Assembly: GCF_963921235.1 (NCBI RefSeq)
Contig: NC_086097.1
Span: 131,070,001-131,134,000, forward strand
Reading direction: 5' to 3'
Origin: Mobula hypostoma
Lineage: Eukaryota
Length of the DNA: 64,000 bases
Below are positions 51,001 to 61,077 of the stretch, in pieces; within the stretch, counting starts at the first letter, position 1; each line of letters begins with the position of its first letter. The notes under the pieces were generated by a model. It had not been told where the DNA came from. It was given only the letters and a program-made list of their open reading frames with translations, and made no database searches. The translations under genes were made by a program, and so were the position numbers.

Positions 51001-52259
51001 AATGTGCAGTTATCACGTCAATTCTTTGTGATTGTGAAAATTTCCCAAAAGACGAATATCTCACAATAAAGCTTCTAAGATCAATCTTGTGAGAAGTGTT
51101 CTGGTGTATTTGGAGTTCTATAATACTATGTAGCAATGGGTTTTCCTGAAGTGCATCATAAAAGCATAATGTATATCTTAAGTAGATAGCCCTTAAACCC
51201 ATTACTCATATATCTACAACTACAGGAAGAAAAGCTTCCAACGTTTAAACTAATATATAGCACAAAAAAAAACCATTGAACAAATTCACTGAACCACTGG
51301 ATTCCTAATCTTTAAAATGCTTTTTTTTAATTTAAAACAAAACTTCTGTTTCTTTTGGATAAACCTTTTCTTTTAAAAAAGTTTTCTTTCCCCCTTTGAT
51401 CCAAACGGAAATAAACGTGGGTGGTCTCACTGCAGAAGTTTGTATCAAAGTCTCCCACAGTGAAAGAACTGAAGACAACTGCCTAGGAAATGTGCCTGCA
51501 GTGTACAACAAAAGAAAGCTGTGTGGCGTGAAATCTCTTAAAACGACAGGAACCTGTGGGATTTTCCTAATTGGCCCTGCTATTTCATTTACAATGTTTG
51601 AAAAATGCCTTCATTTCACAACAAAACAGAGCAAAACTTTGCAAAATCTTTTTACATATTTTAATAATGATATTTGTATAAATGCTTAATACAATAATTT
51701 CAATATTTCTAATGGAATGAATAAATATATTTTTATTTTTATTCTTCCGTTAACACAAAAGAACAGCTCTCACAAACTCGTGGTACATTTCAGATCTTTA
51801 TTAATGTGCAGATACATTAATTACAATTATCTGAACTTCTTTGCCATAATTCAGGGTTGAGATTGTGAAATAACAGTAAAAATACAGGAAGATCCTTACT
51901 TTCCATTCAACTGTAGTCATGTTGCATGGTAAAATTATCAAATAAAGTTGTATTCATGTACTAAGAAGTAATCAGTCTTTATTTATTAGTAGGTAAATTG
52001 ATCTAAATGTAGAGTGTGTTAATTGTATTTCTGAAACCTGGATTTCCATAGGTTAGATCAAATTCCCCCACAGGTTCCCAGGAAACGTGTGTGGTAACCG
52101 AAAACAAAGTTGATCAGATTTATGATCAGCAGTGAAGTAGCAACTGTCCTCCAGTAAATCTGCCAATAATGATCTACCAGATTCTCTGCTGGGAACTTAA
52201 TCTTTTCCTATGTTCAATCCCAAAAGGCAACTATTCAAAGGAATCCCTAGAATCCAGCA

Positions 52260-52596
52260 ACACACACAAAATGCTGGAGGAACTCAGCAGGCCAGGCAGC
52301 ATCTAGGAAAAGAGTACAGTTGATGTTTCAGGCTGAAATCTTTCGGCAGGACTGTAGAAAAAAAAGTAGAGGAGTTAATTTAAAAGGTGAGGGAGGGGAC
52401 AGAGAAACACAAGGTGACAGGTAAAATCTGAAAGGGCGGGGGATGAAGTAAAGATCTGGGAAGTAAATTGGTAAAGGAGACAGAAGGCCATGGAAGAAGA
52501 AAAGGGGGAGGAGCACCAGAGGGAGACGATGTGTGGGGCAGAGATAAGGTGAGGGAGGGAAAAGAAGATGGGGAATGGTGAAGGGGGAAGGCATTA
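52260..52596 (-). mobile_element. Penelope-like 3' terminal segment with hammerhead motif and 14-bp TSD
   Basis: TSD cctagaatccagca at 52246-52259 and 52597-52610; minus strand ACAGTC-CTGCCGA-stem II-GAAAC-ATC-AACTGT at 52355-52316. Confidence 0.85.
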
Positions 52597-52914
52597 CCTA
52601 GAATCCAGCAGTTAAGATGTCATCAACTTCACTGAACAAGCAATGGTTTTGAAGAATGTCTTCAGATAGAAATCAAGAAAAATATACAGTATAACTATTA
52701 ACTAATATTTTAAATTTGTTTAAAAGTTGTAAAATGAATGCACTTAAGATGAAAACTAAAATATCACAATAAAGAAATTAATTTAAATTGGATATATTTT
52801 GAAATATTTTTATGAAGGAACTATAATTACCTTTACACACCTTTTTAGGGCCACATAGTTTGTTATATAAAAACTTCTGCTGAGTATTTTTTAATTTAAT
52901 AGTGTTTTGCATAT

Positions 52915-53425
52915 TGACAGCATCTACTCATTTAGGAGTTTGAAGAGGTTTGTTATGTCACCAAAGACTCTTACAAATTTCTAAAGCGTATTCTGGAGAG
53001 CATTCTGACTGGTTGCCTCAAAGGCTGATACTGAACCTCCAATGCGCAGAATCACAAGAAGCTACAGAGGGCTGTAAACCCAACCAGCTCCATCACAGGA
53101 ACAACCTTCCTCAACAAGAGGCATGCCTCGAGAAAGCGACATCCAACATTAAGAACCGTCACCAACCGGGACATGCCCTCTCCTCATTACAAGCGTAAAG
53201 GAGAAGGTGCAGGAAACTAAAGACCCATGTTCAATGACTTGGGAACAGTTTCATCCCCTCTGCCATCAGATTTCTGAATCCACAAACATTACCTCATTAT
53301 TCCTTTTGCATTACTTAATTACTTCTGTCATTTATAGATTTTTATTTCTTTGCACTGTGCGACTGCTGCAGAACAACAAATTCCATGTCCTGTGTTAGTG
53401 ATAATAAATCTGATTCTGATTCTGA
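52915..53425 (+). mobile_element. Rex1/Babar 3' end
   Basis: CLEKATSNIKNRHQPGHAL; tail (tgattc)n. Confidence 0.85.
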
Positions 53426-53454
53426 TATTGAAGCCCACAATTTATTGCTTAATC

Positions 53455-54205
53455 CTAGAATTAGAATTAGAATTTTATTTCTTGCATCTTCTCACAACAT
53501 GAGGGAGTAAAAATCTTAATGTTGCATCTCTGCCGCTATGTACAAGCAATAAGGGAGGGAAATGTGGGAGGATATTGCCCAAACACTAAGATTGTATACA
53601 TAATTGTTTTGTATACATGTCTGTATAGTCAGATTTGCAATCAGATCAATGTGTATTGATCAATCTGATGGCCCGGTGAAAGAAGCTGTCCTGTAGCCCG
53701 TTGGTCCGGGCCTTAATGCTGCGGTACAGTTTGCTGGTCGGAAGCAGCTGAAACAGTTTGTGGTTGGGGTGGCTGATGATTCTATGGACCCTTTTTATGT
53801 ACCTGCTGCTGTAAGTGTCCTGGATAGTGGACAGTTCACATCCACAGGTGCGCTGGGCTGTCTGCACCACTCTCTGCAGTGCCCTGCGGCTGAGGGTAGT
53901 ACAGTTCCTGTACCAGGCGATGACATAGTTGGTCAGGATGCTCTTAATGGTGCCCCTGTAGAAAATCCTGAGGACTCGGGACCTCATGTCAAACTACTTC
54001 AGCCACCTGAGGTGAAAGAGGCGCTGTTGTGCTTTTTTCACCGCACAGTCAGTATGTACAGCTCAGGTGAGATCCTCAGTGATGTGTATAATGAAGAACT
54101 TGAAACTACTCACCCTCTCAACTACAGTCCCATTGATGTCAATAGGGGCTATCCTGTCTCGACTCCTCCTGTAATCCATGAACAACTCCTTCGTTTTTAT
54201 CGACA
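53455..54205 (-). mobile_element. Rex1/Babar 3' part
   Basis: FYRGTIKSILTNYVIAWY...RALQRVVQTAQR...LFQLLPTSKLYRSIK; tail (agaatt)n. Confidence 0.9.
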
Positions 54206-55489
54206 TCAACATCCTAATTACCATTGGAAAGATAGCAAGCTGCCCTGAGCAGTTGTGGCACTTCCAATTAAGGCACTTCTACAGTGCTGTTAGGGAGGGA
54301 ATTGCATGACATAGGTTCAGCGATTAAGACGGAATGGCAAGTCACTTAGTAGGGAACATGTGAGGTGTGGTATTCCTTGTCCCCTCTGCACTTGCACGTT
54401 TGGTGGGGCGCTGCTGGTGAGTAATTATGGTGTATTTTGTAGACATTCACTGAAATCATATTGACCTGGTGGTGGAAGGGATGTTAATCACATGGGATGC
54501 CTTATCCTGGAGTGTGCTGATCTTTTTGAGTAACAATGGAACTGCACTCATCCAGATGTGGAGATTATTTCATCATGAGCTTGAAATGCCTGATAGATGT
54601 TAAAAAGGTTTTGACATGTCAAGAGTTGCGGCTGACTGCAGGATACTTAGCGTCTGATTGCCTCTGGCCGCAGATCCTATGTACCTGGTCCAGATGAGTG
54701 TGCCATTAAAAGCTCTGTAAAACCCCATGCAAAAAGGTTTTACAAAGGTAATCATTGGTAATTAGCTTAAGCTGATATCAATCCATTGGAGAAGGTTGAA
54801 AAAAACAGGAAGGCTGTGAAGAAACATTGATTTACTGACAACAACCTTAGGATCTCTGAGTTAAACTGCAAGTACATGGAAATCTATGCCTGTTTCAGAC
54901 TGAAACATTGATGAACACTGATAATTTTTCTCTCATTATTAGTACAAATACTAGGACATAAAATGCAATTTAGATCTTACATTATGCTGCAGATGCTCAC
55001 AAATTGCACTCATATAATTAATGAGATCTCCCTGGTACCTTCTGCCCAAGGACCCCACTCGCTGTAGGCTTGGAGAGTCTCTGTAAATCCTGAACGAAGA
55101 ACATATCGCCTGCTAGCATATTCTTTTCATTAGTCTATATGGGCTTCCCTGTTCTCTGGGGGTACGGTCCCATTTCTCTCTCATCAATGCAGCTTCCATT
55201 CATTGACTGGTGACTCTTCCTTGCAGTTGGGAGAGGAGAGTGTTGCTTGTGTAGTGATATGTCTCTTGAAGAGCTAGATGGAAAGATCGTGCCTGTTGTT
55301 GGGACCTCAGGCTTATCAGTGGTGAAGGTCAGGTTTAAACTGACAATGTCACTTCCAGTGTGGGATAACACAGGGAACCCCAACAGCTTAGTTCAGGCAA
55401 GATAGTGGCTGGGTTTCCTTGTGCAATACTGTCCTTATCTGATGCTGTGTCTATTGGTGTAACTTACTTAAATAGCAATATAATATGAA

Positions 55490-55830
55490 AAGGGGACACC
55501 TCTTTTTCCTTTATTAGGCAGAGAGAGAGAGGGCCTGTGTTATGTCGAATTACCGGGTGAACGAGTAGTCCTTGGGGTACTGCAAGTCTGTGTCTTTATT
55601 GATGCTTGTTGCACTCTTGAGTGCTTGGTGGAGGGCACTGATGCTTTTTGTTGGTGGGGGGTGTCACTCCCACTGTTGCTTACGCGTGGGAGGGGGAGCT
55701 GGGGGTCTTTGGGGTTTAACTGTCATTCATTCTTTGGGGCACTCCTCTGTATTTGTGAATTATTGTAAAGAAAAAGAATTTCAGGATGTATATTGTATAC
55801 ATTTCTCTGACATTAAATATACCTATTGAA
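55490..55830 (+). mobile_element. Short non-autonomous retroelement with Rex-type tail
   Basis: Ends gaatttcaggatgtatattgtatacatttctctgacattaaa. Confidence 0.55.
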
Positions 55831-55879
55831 AAATGGTGTGGAGCAATTTCTCGGTATGAAACAGCAGGGGATCCTTCAG

Positions 55880-57040
55880 CTAACCTTGCAGACTATTTAC
55901 AGTAATCCTATTTGTCCACATTGGGGCCATATCCTTGCCTATTTCAGTGTCTGTCAAAGTGTCTCTTAATAAGTAATTGTATCTGATTCCAGTACCTCCT
56001 CTGACTGCATGTTGAAGATATTAATCTCTGTGTAAATAACTTCCCCTTAGATTCCTTTAAAACTATTTCCTCTCGCCTTAAGCATATGCGCTCTTGTTTT
56101 TGCTAACCCTACCTTGGGAAAAATACTTTCTCCCCAATCTAAGCCTCTCAAAATGTGATATACTTCTGTTAGGTCACCCTTTCAGCCTCAAAAGAATAAA
56201 ACTCTAGCTTATCTCATTTATCCTTATAACCGAAGTGCTCCATTCCAGGTAATCACCTGATGAACCTCTTCTGCATACTTCCTGTAGTGTGGAAACCAGT
56301 AGTACAGGCTATTGTCCAAGTATGGCACCAATGTTTTGTAAAATTGCAACATAGTGTCCCAAATCCAATACTCTATACCCTGATCTCCTTCTACCTTAGG
56401 CCACGAACCTATCAATCACCCCTGATGAATTATTAATGTCAAACTTTCTGCATAATCACTGAAAGAGCTGAACTGTGCGTGCATGTAACAAGAGCTGTAT
56501 AACTCATCTCCTTCTACCTTAGGCCACGAACTTATCAATCACCCCTGCTGTGGACGCTTTCTGGAGGTCCAAGATCCATATGCTCCACGACCGCTGCACT
56601 AAGTGTGTAAATGTAGGAGGGGACTGTGTTGAAAAATAAATGTGCTAGGTTTTCTCAAATTGACTACTTCTACCTTAGGCCACAAACTTATCAATCACCC
56701 CTTGTACATCACAAGAAAACAAAGGTCCCGGTAATGATCCCTGTGGTATATCACTAGTCTTTCTCACTTCCAAACAGAAAAGCATTCTTCCAATGCTACT
56801 CTCTGTCTCCTATCGCCAAGTCAATTCTGGATCCAATTAGCCAGCTTACCTCAGATCCCATACCCCTTACTCTTCTGGATCAGGCCCAATGTGAGACCTT
56901 GTCAAATATCCATAGTTGATATCCATTATGGATTTTGTCTTTCTAAAATCCATAGAGGCATCATCTGCCACCCTGCCTTCATCAAACTTTTTTGTAACTC
57001 TGAGAAAAACAGTCAAATTAGTGAGATTTAATCATCCTTA
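55880..57040 (-). mobile_element. Decayed CR1 fragment interrupted by a mariner remnant
   Basis: LQFYKTLVPYL..., tgtgagaccttgtcaaa (AFDKVSH reversed). Confidence 0.75.
56383..56706 (+). mobile_element. Mariner-derived element with three direct copies of the right-end TIR
   Basis: cttctaccttaggccacgaacttatcaatcacccct at ~56388, ~56511 and ~56667; transposase C-terminus DRCTKCVNVGGDCVEK* (RWxKCV..GDYVEK-like) precedes the last copy; ends ...tgta. Confidence 0.8.
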
Positions 57041-57379
57041 GGCTTTCCAATTGCTGCCTCGCCATCATGATTTAGAATTGTTTTTAAAAATAGTCATTAG
57101 TAATAATGACCACAAAATTACAGTACAAGATTGTTATAAAACCCTATTTGATTCACTAATGCTCTTCAGTTATCCACAAATGTGGTTAATTCTTAAATGC
57201 CTCAAAAGAGTCTACAAACTACTCAAGGGTAATTAGAGATGGGAAATAAATGCTGACATTCCAATGATGCCCAGATTCCAAGAAATGAATGAATAAACAG
57301 TTTCATGATTTATTTGGAATCATCTATTTTATAACTTCCAAGAAATATTGTTGGATGCCATCAATTTTCACATTGAAAG

Positions 57380-58690
57380 TATGACTCTGCACCTCCAGCT
57401 CCAGTTATGACCTCAGCCCCTGCTACCTTCAGCTTTGGCTCTGGCCCCAACCTCACCCAGTGAGACCTTTCTCACTGCCAATTCTTCCTCACTGGCTCTC
57501 CTTCTTCCACAACTACTCCCCACAACCCTGTGTCTCTCCTCAGGCTCCTCACTATGTCTTATCCCCTCTTCATTCCTCTGAGTCCCCATCTACCTCCCAC
57601 CCCACTTTCCCCGAACTCCCCAACCTTTCCCTCTCCAACTCTCTACCCTCTCTGACTTCAGCTCTAAAGTCTGCCATGTCTTCACCATCCCATCCGACTT
57701 TCTGAGGAAGAATGTTCTGTCCTCAGCAAAGACTAAACTTTGTCCCATTGTGCCCGCACCTCAGTAGTTCTGTGTCTGCCATGATGCTGAGCTCTTCTTT
57801 CATCACCTCTGTCTCCGAGCCTACTTGTTTGGCAAGGAGTCCATACCAATGACCTCTTCTTCTCTTGGACATGGTCATCTGCCTAATCTAGATCTTTTCA
57901 TCTCTATCTGCTGATGGCACAACAACTGCCTTGACATCAGCACTCCTTTCTCCTAATCAAACCTCTTGTCCTCTGAACACACTGTCCTCCATTCCCTTTG
58001 GCCCAATCTCAACCTCACCAGCAACCCCGCAGAAAAGGGGGTGCTGTTGTAGACTGGTGGACTGACCTCTGCCCTGCTGAGGCCAGGCGACATTTCTCAA
58101 ACACCTCCTCTTACTTACCCCTTGTACAGGACACCACGACAGAGTATCAGGCGTTGTTTCTGCACCATTACCAACCTCACTGAATCTGGATATCTCTCAT
58201 GGTTCTTGTATCCCTTACTGCTCATTTCTACCTCCTACTCCAGATTCACAAACCCTGCAGTTCTGATAGGCCCACTGTTTCTGCCAGCTCCTGCCCCACT
58301 GCAATCGGGTCTGCATACCTCAGCTCCATTTTGTCCCCCTTGCATCAATCCCTTCTGAGTTACATCCATGACCTCTCACATGATTCATGATCACGTCATT
58401 CACTTTAAGTTCCTGGCCCTGATTACCTCATTTTCACTATGGATGTCCAGTCCCTATACATTTTTATGCCCCATCAGAAAGGTCTTAAAGCTCTCTGCTT
58501 CTGACTGGACATGGATCTAATCAGTTCCCTCCACCACCATCCTCCTCCATCCTGTGGTGTAGGTTCTTGCCCTCAACAGTTTCTCTGTTGGCTCCTCCCA
58601 CGCTCTCCAAACCTAAGGTGTAGCCGTGAGCATCGACATGGCACCAGCTATGCCTTCTTTTTTCGTCAGCTACATGAAACAGTCCAAGTT
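57380..58690 (+). mobile_element. Penelope-like element, RT N-terminal half (decayed)
   Basis: cccgcagaaaagggggtgctgttgta (PADKGGAVV-like, ~58025); FTMDVQSLY at 58433-58459; GVA(M)G...SYA-like at ~58617-58655. Confidence 0.85.
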
Positions 58691-58743
58691 CCAAGCCAAA
58701 TGAAACAATGTTCTTCTGGAATGAGGGGCACAACACAGTACAT

Positions 58744-58747
<4 letters not shown>

Positions 58748-58825
<78 letters not shown>
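58748..58825 (+). repeat. (CA)n microsatellite within an antisense LINE-tail fragment (~58690-58950)
   Basis: Directly visible, with one CATA interruption. Confidence 0.95.
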
Positions 58826-58827
<2 letters not shown>

Positions 58828-58969
58828 GCATAAAGTAACATTACCACAAATAAATTAATAAATAATAAAATAAATTCCAGAAGATTGACATTTAGCATAA
58901 GGTGCATTCATGACATATTTACTTTCAGAAAATAAATAGTATAACACTACTGGCACTTCATAAGTGATG

Positions 58970-59450
58970 AGTGGTCAGGGACAAACATGTCAAAATGGGA
59001 ATGGGAAGTTGAATTGAAATGAGTGGCCACTGGAAAATCCTATCTTTTTAGTGGACTGAGTGAAGGTGCTCGATGAAACTGTCCTCCAATCTATGTCAGG
59101 TCTCAATGACATTAAAGAGGCTGCACCAAGAGCACTGGGTACAGCAGATGACCGTGACAGACCTGCAGATGAAGTGTCGCCTCACCTGGAAGAACTGTTT
59201 GGGATCTTGAATGGTGATGAGGGAGGCAGGTGTAGCACTTGTCCTGCTTGCAGGGACACGTGTCATGAGGGAGGTCAGTGGGAACCGATAAGTGGACAAG
59301 GAAGTCACAGAAAGTGATCCATATGGAAAGTGAAGTGTGGGGGGGAAGATGTGCTTAGTGGAGAATGTAAGAGAATGACAGAAATTACAAAGAATGATGT
59401 ACTAGGTATGGTGGCTCATAGGATGGCAGGTATGAACAAGGAGAACTCTT
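58970..59450 (-). mobile_element. Penelope-like GIY-YIG endonuclease fragment, inverted relative to the RT half
   Basis: IQDPKQFFQVRRHFICRSVTVICCTQCSWCSLFNVIET resembles PLE FTC....VIYCIxCxxC..LYIGET; HFNSTSHSH follows. Confidence 0.8.
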
Positions 59451-59459
59451 AACCCCTGC

Positions 59460-60015
59460 GGGCCAGCTCTCCTGTTGATCCTGCGTTCAAACGTTTGATC
59501 ACCAGAAAACAAACTAGATACCTATATCTGAATCAGTGTGAGATGAAGGACTGCTGCACCCTCATCCTGCTGGAATTGTGACTCCAGAATATTACCCATG
59601 AAGCAGTCATCCGGCTAGAGAGTTTTATCTCTTTTCTGGTAAGACTCACGGAGGGCTATGTATTTAGTTAATAAGAATGAGGGTTTGTACACTTTGGTAG
59701 CGACAACTCACTCTTCACCTCTTCAACAATGCAGTGCAGGCCACTCTATTGGTTGAGGCTGTAAACGCACACTCCTCCCTCCACCGCCACCACTGTGCTA
59801 ATGTTGGGGAAATGTTGTGTGAGCTCTGAGGCACCATCTGTGGTGCCCAAGCCACACACCCTGGCAACTTCAACAATGCTGACTTTGCTACCGGGGTGAC
59901 AGCACATTAGACCTGGTTTACACCAACATTCATGGTTCTTACAAGGCTGCCCCCAGCTCCATCTTAGGTACTCTAACCATTTATCTATTATGCTGATTCC
60001 TGCAAACAGACCACT
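59460..60015 (+). mobile_element. Rex1/Babar APE endonuclease remnant
   Basis: TLDLVYTNIHGSYKAAPQLHLRYSNHLSIMLIPANRP (consensus-like LDxxYTNI...SDH..LIPAY). Confidence 0.75.
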
Positions 60016-60019
60016 GACT

Positions 60020-60332
60020 AACCATCCCCTCCCCCTTCTGCACCCCCCTCCTTCCTTTTCTTCCATGGCCCACTGTCCTCTTATCAGATTCCACCTATCA
60101 CTTCCCAGCTTCTTAATCCATCCCCGCTTCCCCCACCTACCCACCTTGCTCCTCACCTGCTCTCACCTATCACCTGCCAACTTGTACTTCCCCTCCCACC
60201 TCCACCTTCTTATTCTGACTTTTCCTCCCTTCTCTGATGAAGAGTCTCGCCTCAAAAAGTCGACGGCCTATTCCCCTCGACTGATGCTGCCTGACTTGCT
60301 GAGTTCCTCTAGCATAGTGTGCACGTGTTGTG
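60020..60332 (+). mobile_element. Penelope-like 3' terminal segment with decayed hammerhead motif
   Basis: Pyrimidine-rich UTR, then CTGATGA (60234-60240) agagtctcgcctc AAAAA GTC GAC, then gatgctgcctgacttgctgagttcctctagca; homologous to 52260-52596. Confidence 0.8.
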
Positions 60333-60529
60333 CAAGAGATTTTGTCTCCTGACTCATATTAACTAACAATATCTATCTTCAGAAAAGATATCTGGATCAA
60401 TAAATCATTCTGATCTAATCTTCTGCGGATGCTGGAGACACCATTTTCATGATTAAAAATATTAATCAATTACATTCAATTCTTCACAAAGATATGACCG
60501 AATGAAGCAAATTTCCTTGCCCGTTGCAT

Positions 60530-61017
60530 TTCTTGATGTGGAAGCATTGGAAAGGGTACAGAGGAGATTTACCAGGATGCTGCCTGGTTTAGAAAGTATG
60601 CATTATGATCAGAGGTTAAGGGAGCTAGGGCTTTACTCTTTGGAGAGAAGGAGGATGAGGGGAGACATGACAGAGGTGTACAAGGTATTAAGAGGAATAG
60701 ATAGAGTGGATAGCCAGCGCCTCTTCCCCAGGGCACCACTGCCCAATACAAGAGGACATGGCTTTAAGGTAAGGGGTGGGAAGTTCAAAGGGGATATTAG
60801 AGGAAGGTTTTTTACTCAGGGAGCGGTTGGTGCGTGGAATGCACTGCCTGAGTCAGTGGTGGAGGCAGATACACTAGTGAAGTTTAAGAGACTACTAGAC
60901 AGGTATATGGAGGAATTTAAGGTGGGGGCTTATATGGGAGGCAGGGTTTGAAGGTCGGCACAACATTGTGGGCTGAAGGGCTTGTAATGTACTGTACTAT
61001 TCTGTGTTCTATGTTCT
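60530..61017 (+). mobile_element. Young 5'-truncated CR1 3' end
   Basis: Open frame DVEALERVQRRFTRMLPGLE...FKRLLDRYM; tail tgttctatgttct. Confidence 0.95.
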
Positions 61018-61077
61018 AAAACCAATATGCAGAAAGATAAAATGACAGGATATTCTTACCTCAATGTTGGAGATTAC

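Noticed and set aside
55040..55420. Ser/Thr/Pro-rich 82-aa minus ORF as an exon
   Set aside because: Non-ATG start, no recognisable homology and no convincing splice sites.
56383..56706. CRISPR-like repeat-spacer array
   Set aside because: Eukaryotic context, spacers too long and unequal, repeats look like mariner TIRs, and no cas genes.
58521..58907. Cys/Val-repeat membrane protein ORF
   Set aside because: Translation of the (CA)n microsatellite.
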